A DNA stretch of 64,000 nt from Anaerolineae bacterium (GCA_034676805.1 JAXDDO010000024.1:43323-107322); one strand, 5' to 3'; positions 10,530 to 23,683 are shown, counted from the first letter of the stretch. Notes: generated by a model not told the origin, from the letters alone. A program made the numbers and translations.

Positions 10530-10718
10530 CTATGCCTCGACTTCCTCGACTTCGAGGAGGTGAGTGACACTCTGTACCATCCCACGCACGGCAGGATTAT
10601 CGTTATGCTCAACGGTCTGGTTCAGCTTGCGCAGCCCCAGAGCCCTCACGGTTGCTTTTTGTCGCTCCGTGTACCCGATAGAGCTGCGAACCAGTGTAAT
10701 GCGGAGCTTTTTGGCCAT
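10530..10718 (-). CDS. rpmD: 50S ribosomal protein L30
   Basis: About 62 aa, [31 protein letters not shown]. Its ATG overlaps the rpsE TGA (ATGATGG). Confidence 0.9.
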   Translation of the reverse strand: MAKKLRITLVRSSIGYTERQKATVRALGLRKLNQTVEHNDNPAVRGMVQSVTHLLEVEEVEA

Positions 10719-11305
10719 CACGACCTCCCCCGTCGCCAGAACGGCATCACCTCTGCCACGGGCTTGTTGCGCTCCTCAGCCACCTGTTCCACACGGCGCA
10801 ACTGGCTCAACGCGTCCATCGTCGCCTGCACCACGTTGACTGCCGTGGCGCTACCCATCGACTTGGTCAACACGTCGTGGATGCCAGCGGCGCTCAGCAC
10901 CGCGCGCACACCACCGCCGGCGATCACGCCCGTTCCATGTGTTGCCGGGCGCAACAGCACCCGCGCGCCGCTGCAGACCCCCAAGACTTCGTGGGGGATC
11001 GTGGTGCCTTCCATCGGGATGGAGCGCATCGACTGGCGAGCGCGGAGGGTAGCCTTGGCAATCGCGTCAGGCACAGTCCGCGCCTTCCCGATGCCAATGC
11101 CTACCTGGCCATTGTTGTCGCCAACCACAGCGGTGACGCGGAAACCAAAGGTCCGCCCACCTTTCACAACCTTGGCGACCCGCGTGATGTCGATCACGCG
11201 CTCATCCAGCTCTTCACGTTCTTCCTCGACCCGGCGACCGCGCGAACGACGCTGTGAATCGGACCGCGTACGAGAATCTGTCGTATTCTGTCTTCGTTCT
11301 GCCAT
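10718..11305 (-). CDS. rpsE: 30S ribosomal protein S5
   Basis: Start chosen at the ATG at 11303-11305 (MAERRQNTT...), preceded by GGAGGAAG. It has a conserved S5 core ([31 protein letters not shown]). The 286-aa ORF reaching 11578 is a frame run-on across rplR. Confidence 0.9.
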   Translation of the reverse strand: MAERRQNTTDSRTRSDSQRRSRGRRVEEEREELDERVIDITRVAKVVKGGRTFGFRVTAVVGDNNGQVGIGIGKARTVPDAIAKATLRARQSMRSIPMEGTTIPHEVLGVCSGARVLLRPATHGTGVIAGGGVRAVLSAAGIHDVLTKSMGSATAVNVVQATMDALSQLRRVEQVAEERNKPVAEVMPFWRRGRS

Positions 11306-11345
11306 ACTTCCTCCAGCCAGGAGCGCCACGCTGGGCGCGCCATTA

Positions 11346-11714
11346 CTAGAATACCAGGCCAGCCTCTCGCGCGGCCTCGGCAAGTGCCTTGACGCGACCA
11401 TGGTACTTGTAGCCACCACGGTCAAACACAACCTGCGTAATTCCCTCTGCCAACGCGCGCTCGGCAACGGCCTTCCCCACGACACGCGCTTGCTCGGTCT
11501 TCGAAAGCCCCGCCAGGCGCTCGCGCACGTCATGGTCCACCGTGGAGGCGGATACCAACGTCGCGCCGGCGCTGTCATCGATCACCTGAGCATAGATATG
11601 GCTCAGGCTACGGAAGACGTTCAGACGTGGACGTTCTGGCGACCCTTCCACACGTTTGCGGACGTATGTGTGACGCCGATCTCGGGCTCGTTCACGATTG
11701 ACTTCTGGTTTCAT
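11346..11714 (-). CDS. rplR: 50S ribosomal protein L18
   Basis: 122 aa with a typical L18 sequence and a C-terminal [21 protein letters not shown]. Confidence 0.95.
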   Translation of the reverse strand: MKPEVNRERARDRRHTYVRKRVEGSPERPRLNVFRSLSHIYAQVIDDSAGATLVSASTVDHDVRERLAGLSKTEQARVVGKAVAERALAEGITQVVFDRGGYKYHGRVKALAEAAREAGLVF

Positions 11715-11768
11715 TTATCTTCGCACCCTCAGTACCACGTACTTATCCTTGAACGGCATAGGGCGAGC

Positions 11769-12311
11769 CTAGACCTGCCCGGCCTTGCCGGCCTTGCGCC
11801 GCACAACCTCGCCCTGGTACCGGATTCCCTTGCCCAGGTAAGGCTCAACCGGACGCCACGCCCGGATCTCGGCGGCGATGCGCCCAACCAACTCCTTGTC
11901 ATAGCCTCGCACGGTCACGGTACTCGCACGGGGATTCGCCTCGAACTGAATCCCCTCAGGCGGTTCGACCACAACCGAGTGTGAGAACCCCAGGTTCATC
12001 ACCAGGTTCTGACCCTGGAGTTCTGCACGATAACCCGTACCGTGAATCTCCAATGTCTTGCTGTACCCTTCGGTCACACCCACCACCATATTGTTGATCA
12101 GCGCACGCGTCAGGCCGTGGAGCGCCCTGAAGAAACGCTCGTCATTGGGGCGCTTGACATTGATCGCTCCGTCCGCCAATTCGATGTCCATCTCCGGGTG
12201 GAACTCGCGTGTCATCGACCCCTTGGGGCCCTTGACCGTCACGATACTGCCCTCGATGGTCACATCAGCCTGCGGCGGAATCGGGACTGGCATCTTACCT
12301 ATTCGAGACAT
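11769..12311 (-). CDS. rplF: 50S ribosomal protein L6
   Basis: 180 aa starting MSRIGKMPVPIPPQADVTIEG. Confidence 0.95.
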   Translation of the reverse strand: MSRIGKMPVPIPPQADVTIEGSIVTVKGPKGSMTREFHPEMDIELADGAINVKRPNDERFFRALHGLTRALINNMVVGVTEGYSKTLEIHGTGYRAELQGQNLVMNLGFSHSVVVEPPEGIQFEANPRASTVTVRGYDKELVGRIAAEIRAWRPVEPYLGKGIRYQGEVVRRKAGKAGQV

Positions 12312-12352
12312 CGTTCACCTCCCTCTCTCAACGTCCCAGCCAGGGGCTACGC

Positions 12353-12763
12353 CTACCAGACGTAGCACAGGATCTCGCCACCCACGTTCAGACGGCGCGC
12401 CTGCTGCCCTGTGATCACGCCCTTGGGCGTTGAGAGAACGGCGATACCCATACCGCTCCGTACCCAGGGAATCTCGTGGACCGACGTGTAAATGCGGCGC
12501 CCCGGCTTGCTAACCCGCTTTAGGTCCGTAATCACCGCACGCTGGCCCTTGGCATCACCCACGTACTTCAGGTCCAGCACCAAGACCGGGTGCTGCCTCT
12601 CGTCGTTGGTCAGATGATAGTCAGCGATATACCCCTCATCCTTCAGGATCTTGGCAATCGCGACCTTTACCTTGGACGAGGGCATCGAAACCGACGCCTG
12701 CTTGACCATCAAAGCATTCCGTACACGTGCCAGCATATCTGCAATCGGATCTGATGTTGTCAT
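12353..12763 (-). CDS. rpsH: 30S ribosomal protein S8
   Basis: 136 aa with DPIADMLARVRNA near the N-terminus. Confidence 0.95.
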   Translation of the reverse strand: MTTSDPIADMLARVRNALMVKQASVSMPSSKVKVAIAKILKDEGYIADYHLTNDERQHPVLVLDLKYVGDAKGQRAVITDLKRVSKPGRRIYTSVHEIPWVRSGMGIAVLSTPKGVITGQQARRLNVGGEILCYVW

Positions 12764-12775
12764 CCTAGCACCTCA

Positions 12776-12958
12776 TCACCAACTGGCCTTGACCAAGCCG
12801 GGGATCTTCCCCTCCAGGGCCAGCTCGCGCACACAGATTCGGCACAAGCCAAAGCGACGGTAATATCCGCGCGGACGACCGCACCGAGAGCAACGATTGC
12901 GCACACGGATCTCGTACTTGCGCCGGGTTTCGCGAATCGGCATACTCGTTTTCGCCAT
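12776..12958 (-). CDS. rpsZ: 30S ribosomal protein S14, short zinc-binding (type Z) form
   Basis: 60 aa with a CxxC...CxxC motif ([20 protein letters not shown]). Confidence 0.9.
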   Translation of the reverse strand: MAKTSMPIRETRRKYEIRVRNRCSRCGRPRGYYRRFGLCRICVRELALEGKIPGLVKASW

Positions 12959-13058
12959 ACTTAACTCCTTGTTTGGAACTCCACAACTCGTGACCTTCTC
13001 GGCTGCCCACAGCCCTGCTCCTAGCCCGGGCTATGTGCCGCCGTGGCCACGCTCGCTC

Positions 13059-13604
13059 TCAATGCCGGAAAGGCATCCCCAGCAGTTCGAGAAGCCGTCG
13101 GGCCTCCTCGTCCGTCTCCGCCGTCGTGTTGATCGAGATCTCAAAACCCCGGATCTTGTCAATCGTGTCGTAGTTGATCTCTGGGAATAACAACTGCTCC
13201 CGAATCCCAAGAGTATAGTTACCCCGCCCATCGAAGTTGTCCGGTATCCCGCGGAAGTCGCGGGTACGCGGCAGCGCGATGCTCACCAGACGGTCCAGAA
13301 AGGCCCACATACGCTCCCCGCGCAGCGTTACCTTCACCCCAATGGCGCGCCCCTCGCGCAGCTTGAAGTTAGCGATCGACTTGCGCGCGCGGGTAATCAC
13401 CGGCTGCTGACCCGTAATTGTGCGCAGATCGGCCACTGCGTACTCCAGAGCCTTGGGATTGTCCAGGGCCTCGCCCACACCGATGTTGATCACGACCTTG
13501 CGGATGCGGGGAACCTGCATCACATTGTCATAACCGAACTCCTCTCGGAGCGCCGGCATGATTGCTTCACGATACTGCGTTTCTAGCCGTTGCATCGTCC
13601 CCAT
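13059..13604 (-). CDS. rplE: 50S ribosomal protein L5
   Basis: 181 aa with the conserved [19 protein letters not shown] block. Confidence 0.95.
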   Translation of the reverse strand: MGTMQRLETQYREAIMPALREEFGYDNVMQVPRIRKVVINIGVGEALDNPKALEYAVADLRTITGQQPVITRARKSIANFKLREGRAIGVKVTLRGERMWAFLDRLVSIALPRTRDFRGIPDNFDGRGNYTLGIREQLLFPEINYDTIDKIRGFEISINTTAETDEEARRLLELLGMPFRH

Positions 13605-13608
13605 CTCC

Positions 13609-13929
13609 CTAGTCGATCGCCTTACCGCACTTGCGGCAGACGCGTACCTTGCTCCCGTCCACCTCTTGGTAGCCTACGCGGGTCGCCTGACTGCAGCTCG
13701 GGCAAACCAGCATAACGTTTGAGAGATGGAGCGCAGCCTCAAACTGGATTCGACCGCCCTGCATTCGCGAGCGTCCGGCACGCTGGGCATCCTGGTGCTT
13801 GATCACCATGTTGACCCCGGAGACCACAACCCGGTCCTCCTTGGGAAGCACCCGCAGCACCTCACCCCGCGCCCCGAGGTCATCTCCAGTGATTACCTCG
13901 ACAGTGTCACCCTTCTTAATGCGATTCAT
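13609..13929 (-). CDS. rplX: 50S ribosomal protein L24 (with a Cys4 motif in the C-terminal region)
   Basis: 106 aa with a KOW-like N-terminus ([20 protein letters not shown]). The C-terminal region carries CPSC...CRKC. Confidence 0.9.
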   Translation of the reverse strand: MNRIKKGDTVEVITGDDLGARGEVLRVLPKEDRVVVSGVNMVIKHQDAQRAGRSRMQGGRIQFEAALHLSNVMLVCPSCSQATRVGYQEVDGSKVRVCRKCGKAID

Positions 13930-13952
13930 ATCACTTCCTCATTACCACGGTA

Positions 13953-14324
13953 CTACAGCACCTCGGGTGCCAGCGACACGATCTTCATATAGCCCCTCTC
14001 GCGCAACTCGCGGGCAACGGGCCCAAAGATACGTGTACCCCGTGGGTTCACCCCACTGGCGTCCAAGATCACCGCTGCATTCTCATCGAAACGGATGTAC
14101 GAGCCATCCGTACGGCGGTATTCCTTAACGACCCGCACGATCACCGCACGGACAACCTCGCCCTTCTTGACCGAGGACGTTGGGGACGCCGCTTTCACCG
14201 ATGCCACGATCGTATCCCCCACGTATCCGTAGCGGCGCTTGGATCCTCCAAGGATATGGATACACAGCAGCTCTTGGGCTCCCGTGTTGTCGGCAACATT
14301 TAAGCGCGTCTCACGTTGGATCAT
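13953..14324 (-). CDS. rplN: 50S ribosomal protein L14
   Basis: 123 aa starting [28 protein letters not shown]. Confidence 0.95.
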   Translation of the reverse strand: MIQRETRLNVADNTGAQELLCIHILGGSKRRYGYVGDTIVASVKAASPTSSVKKGEVVRAVIVRVVKEYRRTDGSYIRFDENAAVILDASGVNPRGTRIFGPVARELRERGYMKIVSLAPEVL

Positions 14325-14348
14325 TGCACGCCTCCTCGCGCCGGCCGC

Positions 14349-14600
14349 CTAAGCGGCGCGCTCCAAGATCTCTGCAACAGCCCAGCGCTTGTGCCGGCTG
14401 AGGGGGCGCGACTCCACGATTTGGACCTTGTCACCGACGCGACAGTCGTTATTCTCATCGTGCGCCATGTACTTCTTCGCCGACCGCACTACTTTCTGGT
14501 ACAGCGGATGGCGATAGCGCCGCTCCACCGTCACCACCACGGTCTTGTCCATTTTGTCGCTGGTTACCGTCCCAACCAGCCGGCGTCGTCTTTCCTTCAT
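14349..14600 (-). CDS. rpsQ: 30S ribosomal protein S17
   Basis: 83 aa with the [18 protein letters not shown] block. Confidence 0.95.
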   Translation of the reverse strand: MKERRRRLVGTVTSDKMDKTVVVTVERRYRHPLYQKVVRSAKKYMAHDENNDCRVGDKVQIVESRPLSRHKRWAVAEILERAA

Positions 14601-14812
14601 GCCGTCGCTCCTTCTTTATCCGCGGCCAGCTCTCGCTCGTGCAAGACCGTCATAATCCGCGCAATATCCTTGCGGACGGCGCGCAGTCGGTTGTGGTCCT
14701 GAAGGCTGCCAGCATACCATTGCTGGCGCAGGTTGAACAACTCACGACGGGTCTCCTGCAGGCGAGTGCGTAGTTCATCAGATGTCATACTGCGGACCTC
14801 GCTTACACGCAT
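14597..14812 (-). CDS. rpmC: 50S ribosomal protein L29
   Basis: 71 aa with [18 protein letters not shown]. Its end overlaps the rpsQ start by 4 nt. Confidence 0.9.
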   Translation of the reverse strand: MRVSEVRSMTSDELRTRLQETRRELFNLRQQWYAGSLQDHNRLRAVRKDIARIMTVLHERELAADKEGATA

Positions 14813-14814
14813 GC

Positions 14815-15246
14815 CTACCCTCCTGCCCCGCTGCCATACTCGTGGCGCGTGATGACCTGGGTCCGAATGGGCAGCTTGCGCGCTGCGAGTTCCAGCGCTT
14901 CACGCGCGACATCGTCGGAGACCCCGGCGACCTCAAAGAGCACGCGACCCGGACGGACCACGGCAGCCCAGTAATCCACGTCGCCTTTCCCTTTGCCCAT
15001 ACGCGTCTCCGCAGGCTTGGACGTGATCGGCTTATCGGGAAAGATGCGGACCCAATACATGCCCCGGCGGCGCATATGGCGCACGATAGCGCGGCGAGCC
15101 GCCTCGATCTGGCGAGCGGCAATCCAGGAAGGTTCGAGGGCCTGTAGCCCATACTCACCGAAGGAGATTGCCACTCCCCGGCTCTCCTTGCCTGTCATGC
15201 GCCCGCGATGTTGTTTTCGATACTTGACGCGCTTCGGCATCAACAT
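14815..15246 (-). CDS. rplP: 50S ribosomal protein L16
   Basis: 143 aa starting [19 protein letters not shown]. Confidence 0.95.
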   Translation of the reverse strand: MLMPKRVKYRKQHRGRMTGKESRGVAISFGEYGLQALEPSWIAARQIEAARRAIVRHMRRRGMYWVRIFPDKPITSKPAETRMGKGKGDVDYWAAVVRPGRVLFEVAGVSDDVAREALELAARKLPIRTQVITRHEYGSGAGG

Positions 15247-15289
15247 AACTCGTTCTCCTTACCCAAGCCTCTGGGCCCAAACTGCCGGG

Positions 15290-15994
15290 CTACTCCTGCT
15301 CTTCTACTTCCTCAACAACCGCGGCAGTGGCCGTCGATCGCCGGGGCAGTACTTCGCCTTTGTAGACCCATACCTTGACGCCGATTCGCCCGTAGGAGGT
15401 CAAGGCCTCATCCTGAGCATAGTCGATATCGGCACGCAGCGTCTGTAGGGGGACCCGTCCCTCACGCATCCAGGTCACGCGGGCCATCTCCGAACCCGAG
15501 AGCCGCCCGCTGCACATCACCTTGATCCCCTCTGCGCCCGCGCGCATCGCCTGTCGCACAGCGCGCTTCATAGCGCGGCTGTGGTAGATGCGCTTTTCGA
15601 GCTGGGAGACGATATTCTCGGCAACGAGCTGAGCGTCCAGATCGGGCTGCTCCACTTCCTGAACGTCGATATGAACCCGCTTGCCGCCGGTCAGCTCCTC
15701 AACATCGTGCCTCAGCGCCTTGACGTTCTCGCCCTTGCGTCCGATCACAACACCCGGACGTGAGGTCCAGATGATCACCGAGACCTGATTCGGCGGGAAA
15801 CGCTCGATCTCCACGCGAGACACGCCGGCCTGACCGTCACGAGAGCGATCGCGCATCTGGTTGTAGATCAGGGCGCGAATCTCGCGATCCTCGTTCAGCA
15901 GGTCCGCATACTCACGGCCCTGGGCGAACCACCGCGACTTCCAGTCACGGATGACCTTCAGACGAAAACCATAGGGATGAACTTTGCGTCCCAA
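15290..15994 (-). CDS. rpsC: 30S ribosomal protein S3
   Basis: TTG start at 15992-15994, giving (M)[12 protein letters not shown], with GGAGG 7 nt upstream. The KH and S3-C domains are conserved. The ORF running to 16189 crosses rplV. Confidence 0.9.
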   Translation of the reverse strand: MGRKVHPYGFRLKVIRDWKSRWFAQGREYADLLNEDREIRALIYNQMRDRSRDGQAGVSRVEIERFPPNQVSVIIWTSRPGVVIGRKGENVKALRHDVEELTGGKRVHIDVQEVEQPDLDAQLVAENIVSQLEKRIYHSRAMKRAVRQAMRAGAEGIKVMCSGRLSGSEMARVTWMREGRVPLQTLRADIDYAQDEALTSYGRIGVKVWVYKGEVLPRRSTATAAVVEEVEEQE

Positions 15995-16010
15995 GATAAG
16001 CCTCCTTGAC

Positions 16011-16370
16011 CTACGCTTCCGGTCGTTCCTCGAGAACGACTTTGATATGGGACGAACGCTTGCGGATCGGGCGATAACGCCCGCGGCTTCCCCAGCGCGC
16101 CCGCCAACCTTTGCCCGGCATGACGCCGGGCCCCTCGTCAGCGGTGATCGTGGCAATGTACAGACTGCCCGTGTCCAGTCCCATTTCATCGGCGTTCGCG
16201 ACCGCGGAACGGATCAGCTTATACACTGGGACAGCAGCCGCCTGAGGCATCGCCCTCAGGGCGTCCATAGCCTGCTGTGCAGACAGCCCGCGGACGGCGT
16301 CAATCACCCGGCGCACCTTGAGTGGTGTGATCGGGATGTGTCTTGCTTTGGCTTCAACAGTCTCCAGCAT
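16011..16370 (-). CDS. rplV: 50S ribosomal protein L22
   Basis: 119 aa with the conserved [20 protein letters not shown] block. Confidence 0.95.
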   Translation of the reverse strand: MLETVEAKARHIPITPLKVRRVIDAVRGLSAQQAMDALRAMPQAAAVPVYKLIRSAVANADEMGLDTGSLYIATITADEGPGVMPGKGWRARWGSRGRYRPIRKRSSHIKVVLEERPEA

Positions 16371-16374
16371 AAGC

Positions 16375-16662
16375 CTACCTCACCATCACCCTAACCTTCT
16401 TCTCCCTAGCCACGTGCCCACGGAAGGTCCGGGTGGGCGCAAACTCACCTAGACGATGACCGACCATGTTCTCTGTAACGTAGATCGGCACGTGACGGCG
16501 TCCATCGTGGACAGCAATCGTGTGTCCCACCATCTGTGGGAAGATCACGGACGCCCGCGACCAGGTCCTAATCACACGCTTGCTGCCGGTCCGGTTCATC
16601 TCCTCGACCTTCTGCAGCAGCTTGGCGTCTACGAACGGCCCCTTCTTTAAGGAACGTGACAT
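16375..16662 (-). CDS. rpsS: 30S ribosomal protein S19
   Basis: 95 aa starting [12 protein letters not shown], with [17 protein letters not shown]. Confidence 0.95.
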   Translation of the reverse strand: MSRSLKKGPFVDAKLLQKVEEMNRTGSKRVIRTWSRASVIFPQMVGHTIAVHDGRRHVPIYVTENMVGHRLGEFAPTRTFRGHVAREKKVRVMVR

Positions 16663-16679
16663 ACCAACTCCCTCCCTGA

Positions 16680-17528
16680 CTAGCGGCGGCGGCGCGAACC
16701 AGACTGACGCCGGCGAACGATATACTGATCGGTGTCCTTGTTGCGGCGGGTCTTCCTACCCAACGTCCGCCAACCCCAAGGCGACTTCGGACCCGGCATA
16801 CCGATGGGCGAGCGGCCCTCACCACCACCGTGCGGGTGATCGCGGGGAGACATCGCCGTCCCGCGAACGCTAGGACGCCAACCCAACCAGCGCTTACGAC
16901 CGGCCTTGCCCAACTTGACGTTGGCGTGATCGGTATTGCCAACCTGGCCGATCGTGGCCATACAATTGGCGCGGACCGTCCGGATCTCACCACTGGGCAG
17001 GCGCAATGAAACGTAGTCACCTTCACGCGCCATGAGCTGCGCCGCAGCACCGGCAGCGCGAACCATCTGTCCGCCACGCCCGGGATAGAGCTCCACATTG
17101 TGAACCAGGGTGCCCAACGGGATACGGGCCAAGGGCAGGGCGTTGCCCACCCGAATCTCTGCGTCCGTCTCTGAGCTAACGACGGCGTTGCCGACCTTCA
17201 GCCCCAGCGGCGCCACGATGTACCGTTTCTCACCATCGGCATACACCAGCAACGCGATGCGCGCTGAACGGTTAGGATCGTACTCGATGGAGTCAACACG
17301 AGCCGGAATGTCCCACTTGTCGCGCCTAAAGTCGATCACGCGATACTTCCGGGCGTGACCGCCCCCGCGATGCCGCACCGTGATGCGGCCATAGGCATTG
17401 CGCCCCGAGCGCTTCGTCAAAGGCGCGACCAGGCTCTTCTCCGGCTGGGTGCGCGTGATCTCTTCGAACGTCTGTCCCGTCATCCATCGACGACCGGGCG
17501 ACGTCGGTCTATACTTCTTGATCGCCAT
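16680..17528 (-). CDS. rplB: 50S ribosomal protein L2
   Basis: 282 aa with the conserved [13 protein letters not shown] and [18 protein letters not shown] blocks. Confidence 0.95.
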   Translation of the reverse strand: MAIKKYRPTSPGRRWMTGQTFEEITRTQPEKSLVAPLTKRSGRNAYGRITVRHRGGGHARKYRVIDFRRDKWDIPARVDSIEYDPNRSARIALLVYADGEKRYIVAPLGLKVGNAVVSSETDAEIRVGNALPLARIPLGTLVHNVELYPGRGGQMVRAAGAAAQLMAREGDYVSLRLPSGEIRTVRANCMATIGQVGNTDHANVKLGKAGRKRWLGWRPSVRGTAMSPRDHPHGGGEGRSPIGMPGPKSPWGWRTLGRKTRRNKDTDQYIVRRRQSGSRRRR

Positions 17529-17529
17529 C

Positions 17530-17817
17530 CTAAGCCTCCAGTGCCTCGATACGCGTGCCCGGCGCCAACGTCACGACAGCCTTCTTCCACGGCGGGCGGC
17601 GCGATACCCGGCGGCGGCCTCGCATCTTGTTGATCTTTCCCGGCATCACCATCACGTGCACGCGATTGACGTCGACGTTGTAGATCTCCTCAACTGCCTG
17701 CTTCACCTGCAGCTTGTTGGCATCCATATGGACAACGAAGACGTACTTCCCCTGCTCGCGCAGCAGATACCCCTTCTCCGTCTCCAACGGGCGCACAATG
17801 ATATCGTAGATATTCAT
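17530..17817 (-). CDS. rplW: 50S ribosomal protein L23
   Basis: 95 aa starting [15 protein letters not shown]. Confidence 0.95.
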   Translation of the reverse strand: MNIYDIIVRPLETEKGYLLREQGKYVFVVHMDANKLQVKQAVEEIYNVDVNRVHVMVMPGKINKMRGRRRVSRRPPWKKAVVTLAPGTRIEALEA

Positions 17818-17823
17818 CAGGGC

Positions 17824-18471
17824 TTACTCCTCGGTCTCGCTCGCGGTCGTACCCAAGATCGACTCGATCACAGCCAGCGAGGCCAACGGCACCACGACAG
17901 TGTCGGCGCCAAGAAGATCGCGCACGTTCAGATAGTGTGCCCGCAGCGTCCTAGCCGTGGTCAGATTGCGCACCGAGAGCTCGACCGGCATGTTCCGCTC
18001 CGGCAGCAGAATCAGGGCCTTGCCCTGGTGAGCGCCAACTTGGCTCAAGGTCTTGACCATCTCCTTGGTTTTAGGAGCGGCCATCACCAGCTCATCCACG
18101 ACGACGACCTGTTGTTCGGCAGCCTTCGCCGACAGCGCCGAACGTAGTGCGGCACGGCGCATCTTGCGGGGCATCGCCTTCGCATAGCTGCGCGGCTTGG
18201 TCCCGTGGGCGATGCCGCCTCCCACAAAGATCGGTGCATTGCGACTTCCGTGCCGCGCGCGCCCCGTACCCTTTTGACGATACCACTTCGACTTCGAGCG
18301 GTTGTTCTCGCTGCGTGTCTTCGTCTTGTGTGTTCCCAGCCGAGCGTTGGCCAACTGGCGCACCAACGCTTGATGCATCAAAGGAATGCTGATAGGCGCT
18401 TCAAAGATCTCGGAACGAAGCTCGACTTCGCCCACCTTCTGTCCCTGCATATTCAGAACGTCGGTAAGCAT
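17824..18471 (-). CDS. rplD: 50S ribosomal protein L4
   Basis: 215 aa with KWYRQKGTGRARHGS. Confidence 0.95.
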   Translation of the reverse strand: MLTDVLNMQGQKVGEVELRSEIFEAPISIPLMHQALVRQLANARLGTHKTKTRSENNRSKSKWYRQKGTGRARHGSRNAPIFVGGGIAHGTKPRSYAKAMPRKMRRAALRSALSAKAAEQQVVVVDELVMAAPKTKEMVKTLSQVGAHQGKALILLPERNMPVELSVRNLTTARTLRAHYLNVRDLLGADTVVVPLASLAVIESILGTTASETEE

Positions 18472-18473
18472 GG

Positions 18474-19124
18474 CTAGTTGCCTCCTTTGCGAACCCGTTG
18501 CTTTCGGGCGGCCTTGACCAGCACGACGCCGCCCTTGGGCCCCGGCACCGAACCACGAATCGCCAGGAGGTTACGTTCGGGATCGACCAGCACCACTTCC
18601 ACGTTCTGAACCGTGGTACGCTTGTTGCCCATCCGTCCAGGCATCTTCTTCCCCTTAAAGACCCTGCCCGGCGTCGCGCAGGCTCCAATGGAACCCGGCG
18701 CGCGCTCGCGATCAGACTGACCGTGTGTCCGGGGACCGCCGGCGAAATGCCAACGCTTTACGACACCGGCGAATCCACGTCCCTTAGAGCGCCCTTGCAC
18801 ATCGACACGCTCCCCTGGCTCAAAGATGTCCACCAGGATCTTGTCGCCCAAGGTGTACACTTCATCCGCGCGGGTGCGTACCTCACGCAGGTGCCGCAAC
18901 TGAGGCACCCCGGCCTTCTCCAAGTGACCCATCTGGCCCTTGGTCAGATGCTTCGACTTCGTCGCGCCGAAACCAAACTGCACGGCGGCGTACCCGTCGT
19001 TTTCGAGCGTGCGCACTTGCGTCACGTAGCATGGCCCTGCCTCGACAACCGTGACCGGCTCAACCGTGCCGTCAGCGTTGAAGATCTGGGTCATCCCCAC
19101 CTTACGTCCTAGAATACCTTTCAC
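18474..19124 (-). CDS. rplC: 50S ribosomal protein L3
   Basis: 216 aa with a GTG start at 19122-19124, a GGAGG 5 nt upstream, and (M)[14 protein letters not shown]. Confidence 0.95.
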   Translation of the reverse strand: MKGILGRKVGMTQIFNADGTVEPVTVVEAGPCYVTQVRTLENDGYAAVQFGFGATKSKHLTKGQMGHLEKAGVPQLRHLREVRTRADEVYTLGDKILVDIFEPGERVDVQGRSKGRGFAGVVKRWHFAGGPRTHGQSDRERAPGSIGACATPGRVFKGKKMPGRMGNKRTTVQNVEVVLVDPERNLLAIRGSVPGPKGGVVLVKAARKQRVRKGGN

Positions 19125-19227
19125 CAGTGCCTCCTTGGGACTGCCAGCGCCCGAATGCCGTCAAAGCCGCTTCATCCGGCAACCCTCTGCGACTTCGCGC
19201 GCCACATCATCCCCGGTCTCTCACATC

Positions 19228-19278
19228 GCCCCCCTGGCCGCCGGCTCCGTCAGCGCGGGAGCCAACGACCAGGGGGCG
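19228..19278 (-). promoter_or_regulatory. nested stem-loop (10-bp outer stem CGCCCCCTGG/CCAGGGGGCG enclosing GGCTCC/GGAGCC) in an unusually long 184-nt rpsJ-rplC spacer
   Basis: Inverted repeats read directly. No T tract follows on either strand. Confidence 0.35.
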
Positions 19279-19308
19279 AGCGAGTAGGATATTAGTAGAC
19301 TAAACGAG

Positions 19309-19617
19309 TTACAGTTTAATCTCGATGTCAACGCCTGCGGGCATATTGAGCCGCATCAACGTGTCGATCGTCTTCGAATCCGGATCTTGGATATCGATCA
19401 GACGCTTGTGTGTGCGAATCTCAAAGTGCTCGTGCGTGTCCTTGTCAATGAACGGCGAGCGTCGAACGGTAAACCGCTCGATCTTGGTGGGCAGGGGCAC
19501 AGGACCAGCAACGCGAGCACCCGTGCGCTCAGCGGCTTCCACAATTCGACGAGCGGACTCGTCCAAAATGCGGTGATCGTATCCCTTCAACCGAATGCGA
19601 ATGCGCTGTTTAGCCAT
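19309..19617 (-). CDS. rpsJ: 30S ribosomal protein S10
   Basis: 102 aa starting [19 protein letters not shown]. Confidence 0.95.
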   Translation of the reverse strand: MAKQRIRIRLKGYDHRILDESARRIVEAAERTGARVAGPVPLPTKIERFTVRRSPFIDKDTHEHFEIRTHKRLIDIQDPDSKTIDTLMRLNMPAGVDIEIKL

Positions 19618-19645
19618 AAACCACCTTATGCAGGGTTGACTCAGA

Positions 19646-20866
19646 CTACTCCAGGACCTTGGTGATCACGCCGGCGCCAACGGTCAGGCCGCCCTCGCGG
19701 ATAGCGAAGCGGGAGCCGTTCTCGAGTGCGACCGGGCTGATCAGCTCGACGCTCATTGTGGTGCTGTCACCCGGCATCACCATCTCGACGCCCTCGGGCA
19801 GCGCAACGGTCCCGGTGATATCCATCGTGTTCATGTAGAACTGCGGCTTGTAGCCGGTGAAGAACGGCTTGTGGCGTCCACCCTCATCCTTGCGGAGGAT
19901 GTAGACGTTGGCCTCGAACTTCCGGCGAGCCAGGATGGTATTCGGGGCAGCCACAACGACACCGCGCCCCACCTCGTCCTTACCCACACCGCGCAGCAGC
20001 AGTCCTGCGTTGTCACCGGCGCGGACAACATCGAGCACCTTGTGGAACATCTCCATAGAGGTGACCACTGTGCGGCGAGGCTTCTCGTACATATCACCCA
20101 CCAGCTCGACCTCGGTGTTGGGCTTGAGCGTGCCGCGCTCGACACGCCCCGTCACCACCGTACCGCGCCCCTTGATGGAGAACACGTCCTCAATCGGCAT
20201 CAAGAACGGGCGGTCCTCATCGCGCTGCGGCGTGGGGATGTATTCATCGACAACGCGCATCAGCTCCCAGATGGGAGCATACGCGGGATCGTCAGGATCA
20301 CCGCTCTGGCAGGTCAGTGCCTGCAGCGCAGAACCCTGTACGATGGGCGTCTCGTCGCCGGGGAACTCGTAGGTGTTGAGCAGCTCGCGGATCTCGAGCT
20401 CAACAAGCTCCAGCAGCTCGGGGTCGTCCATCAAGTCGACCTTGTTGAGGAACACCACGATCGCGGGCACCTCGACCTGGCGGGCCAGGAGGATGTGCTC
20501 ACGGGTCTGCGGCATCGGGCCGTCGACTGCCGACACCACCAGGATGGCACCGTCCATCTGCGCGGCACCGGTGATCATGTTCTTGATGTAGTCACGGTGG
20601 CCAGGGCAGTCCACGTGCGCATAGTGGCGGTTCTCGGTCTCGTACTCAACGTGCGAGATCGCCACGGTCAGGATCTTGGTCGCATCACGCCGGAACATCT
20701 TCGCATCGGCTTTGGCAACCTCATCGTAAGCCTTGAAATCCGCCCACCCTTTGGTGGCCAGGGTCCGCGTGATCGCCGCGGTCAAGGTAGTCTTACCATG
20801 ATCGATGTGACCAATCGTGCCGACGTTCACGTGCGGCTTGGTGCGCTCAAACATCTCTTTTGCCAT
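19646..20866 (-). CDS. tuf: elongation factor Tu (with a divergent switch I region)
   Basis: 406 aa with the G1 motif [18 protein letters not shown] and [13 protein letters not shown]. It sits in the canonical fusA-tuf-rpsJ position. The effector loop departs from the near-universal [13 protein letters not shown] sequence. Confidence 0.9.
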   Translation of the reverse strand: MAKEMFERTKPHVNVGTIGHIDHGKTTLTAAITRTLATKGWADFKAYDEVAKADAKMFRRDATKILTVAISHVEYETENRHYAHVDCPGHRDYIKNMITGAAQMDGAILVVSAVDGPMPQTREHILLARQVEVPAIVVFLNKVDLMDDPELLELVELEIRELLNTYEFPGDETPIVQGSALQALTCQSGDPDDPAYAPIWELMRVVDEYIPTPQRDEDRPFLMPIEDVFSIKGRGTVVTGRVERGTLKPNTEVELVGDMYEKPRRTVVTSMEMFHKVLDVVRAGDNAGLLLRGVGKDEVGRGVVVAAPNTILARRKFEANVYILRKDEGGRHKPFFTGYKPQFYMNTMDITGTVALPEGVEMVMPGDSTTMSVELISPVALENGSRFAIREGGLTVGAGVITKVLE

Positions 20867-21039
20867 TGCTTGCCTCTCCTTACTCTGCTTACAGATATCA
20901 GTACGGTAGTCTCTGTGATGAAGCGTATGCCTCGATGTTGGCTCAAGGCCAACAACCGGACACTTTCTACGCCGATTCGCTTACGATAACCCGCTGCCCA
21001 TTGTGTCGATCACGCATACATCTCGCGTGCTTTAGGCAA

Positions 21040-23112
<2,073 letters not shown>

Positions 23113-23188
23113 CGCCCTACCTCAGTGTAAACCCGCAGCGACAGCCCCTGGAGAACTCGCTGCCTACCAGAAGAGCAGCAAGAGACTC

Positions 23189-23659
23189 CTACCAGCGCAG
23201 ATGGGCGAACGCACGGTTGGCTTCCGCCATCCTCAAAGTATCCTCACGCCTCTTGACAGCCGAACCGACACCGTTTGCCGCATCCACCAACTCAGAAGCT
23301 AGCTTTGCCGCCATCCCCCGCCCGGGGCGGGTCTTGGCCGCCTGGAGGAACCAGCGGATCGCCAAGGAGAGCTGCCGGAACTCAGGCACCTCAACCGGGA
23401 TCTGATAAGTCGCACCACCAACGCGGCGCGGCTTTACCTCGACCGCCGGCATCACGTTCTGCAAGGCGTCGTTGAAGACCTCAACGGCAGGCCGATTTGC
23501 GCGCGCCTCTGCCTGATCCAGCGCCTCATACATAATGCGCTGAGCGACGCTCTTCTTGCCGCCCCGCATCATCCGGTTGATGAACTTCTGGATAGCGACA
23601 CTGTTATAGCGGATATCGGGTTCGATCTCTCGCCGGGCTGGACGATTTCGTCTTGACAT
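23189..23659 (-). CDS. rpsG: 30S ribosomal protein S7
   Basis: 156 aa starting MSRRNRPARREIEPDIRYNS. Confidence 0.95.
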   Translation of the reverse strand: MSRRNRPARREIEPDIRYNSVAIQKFINRMMRGGKKSVAQRIMYEALDQAEARANRPAVEVFNDALQNVMPAVEVKPRRVGGATYQIPVEVPEFRQLSLAIRWFLQAAKTRPGRGMAAKLASELVDAANGVGSAVKRREDTLRMAEANRAFAHLRW

Positions 23660-23683
23660 TCTTACTCCATCCTCGCCGCGTGG

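Noticed and set aside
10506-11984. 492-aa antisense ORF across rpmD, rpsE, rplR and rplF. Similar long antisense ORFs occur at 19871-20989 (opposite tuf), 25332-26627 (opposite rpoB), 59396-61324 (opposite pnp) and 2087-2830.
   Set aside because: They lie opposite universally conserved genes, have Arg/Ala/Pro-biased low-complexity translations and no RBS. These are high-GC artefacts.
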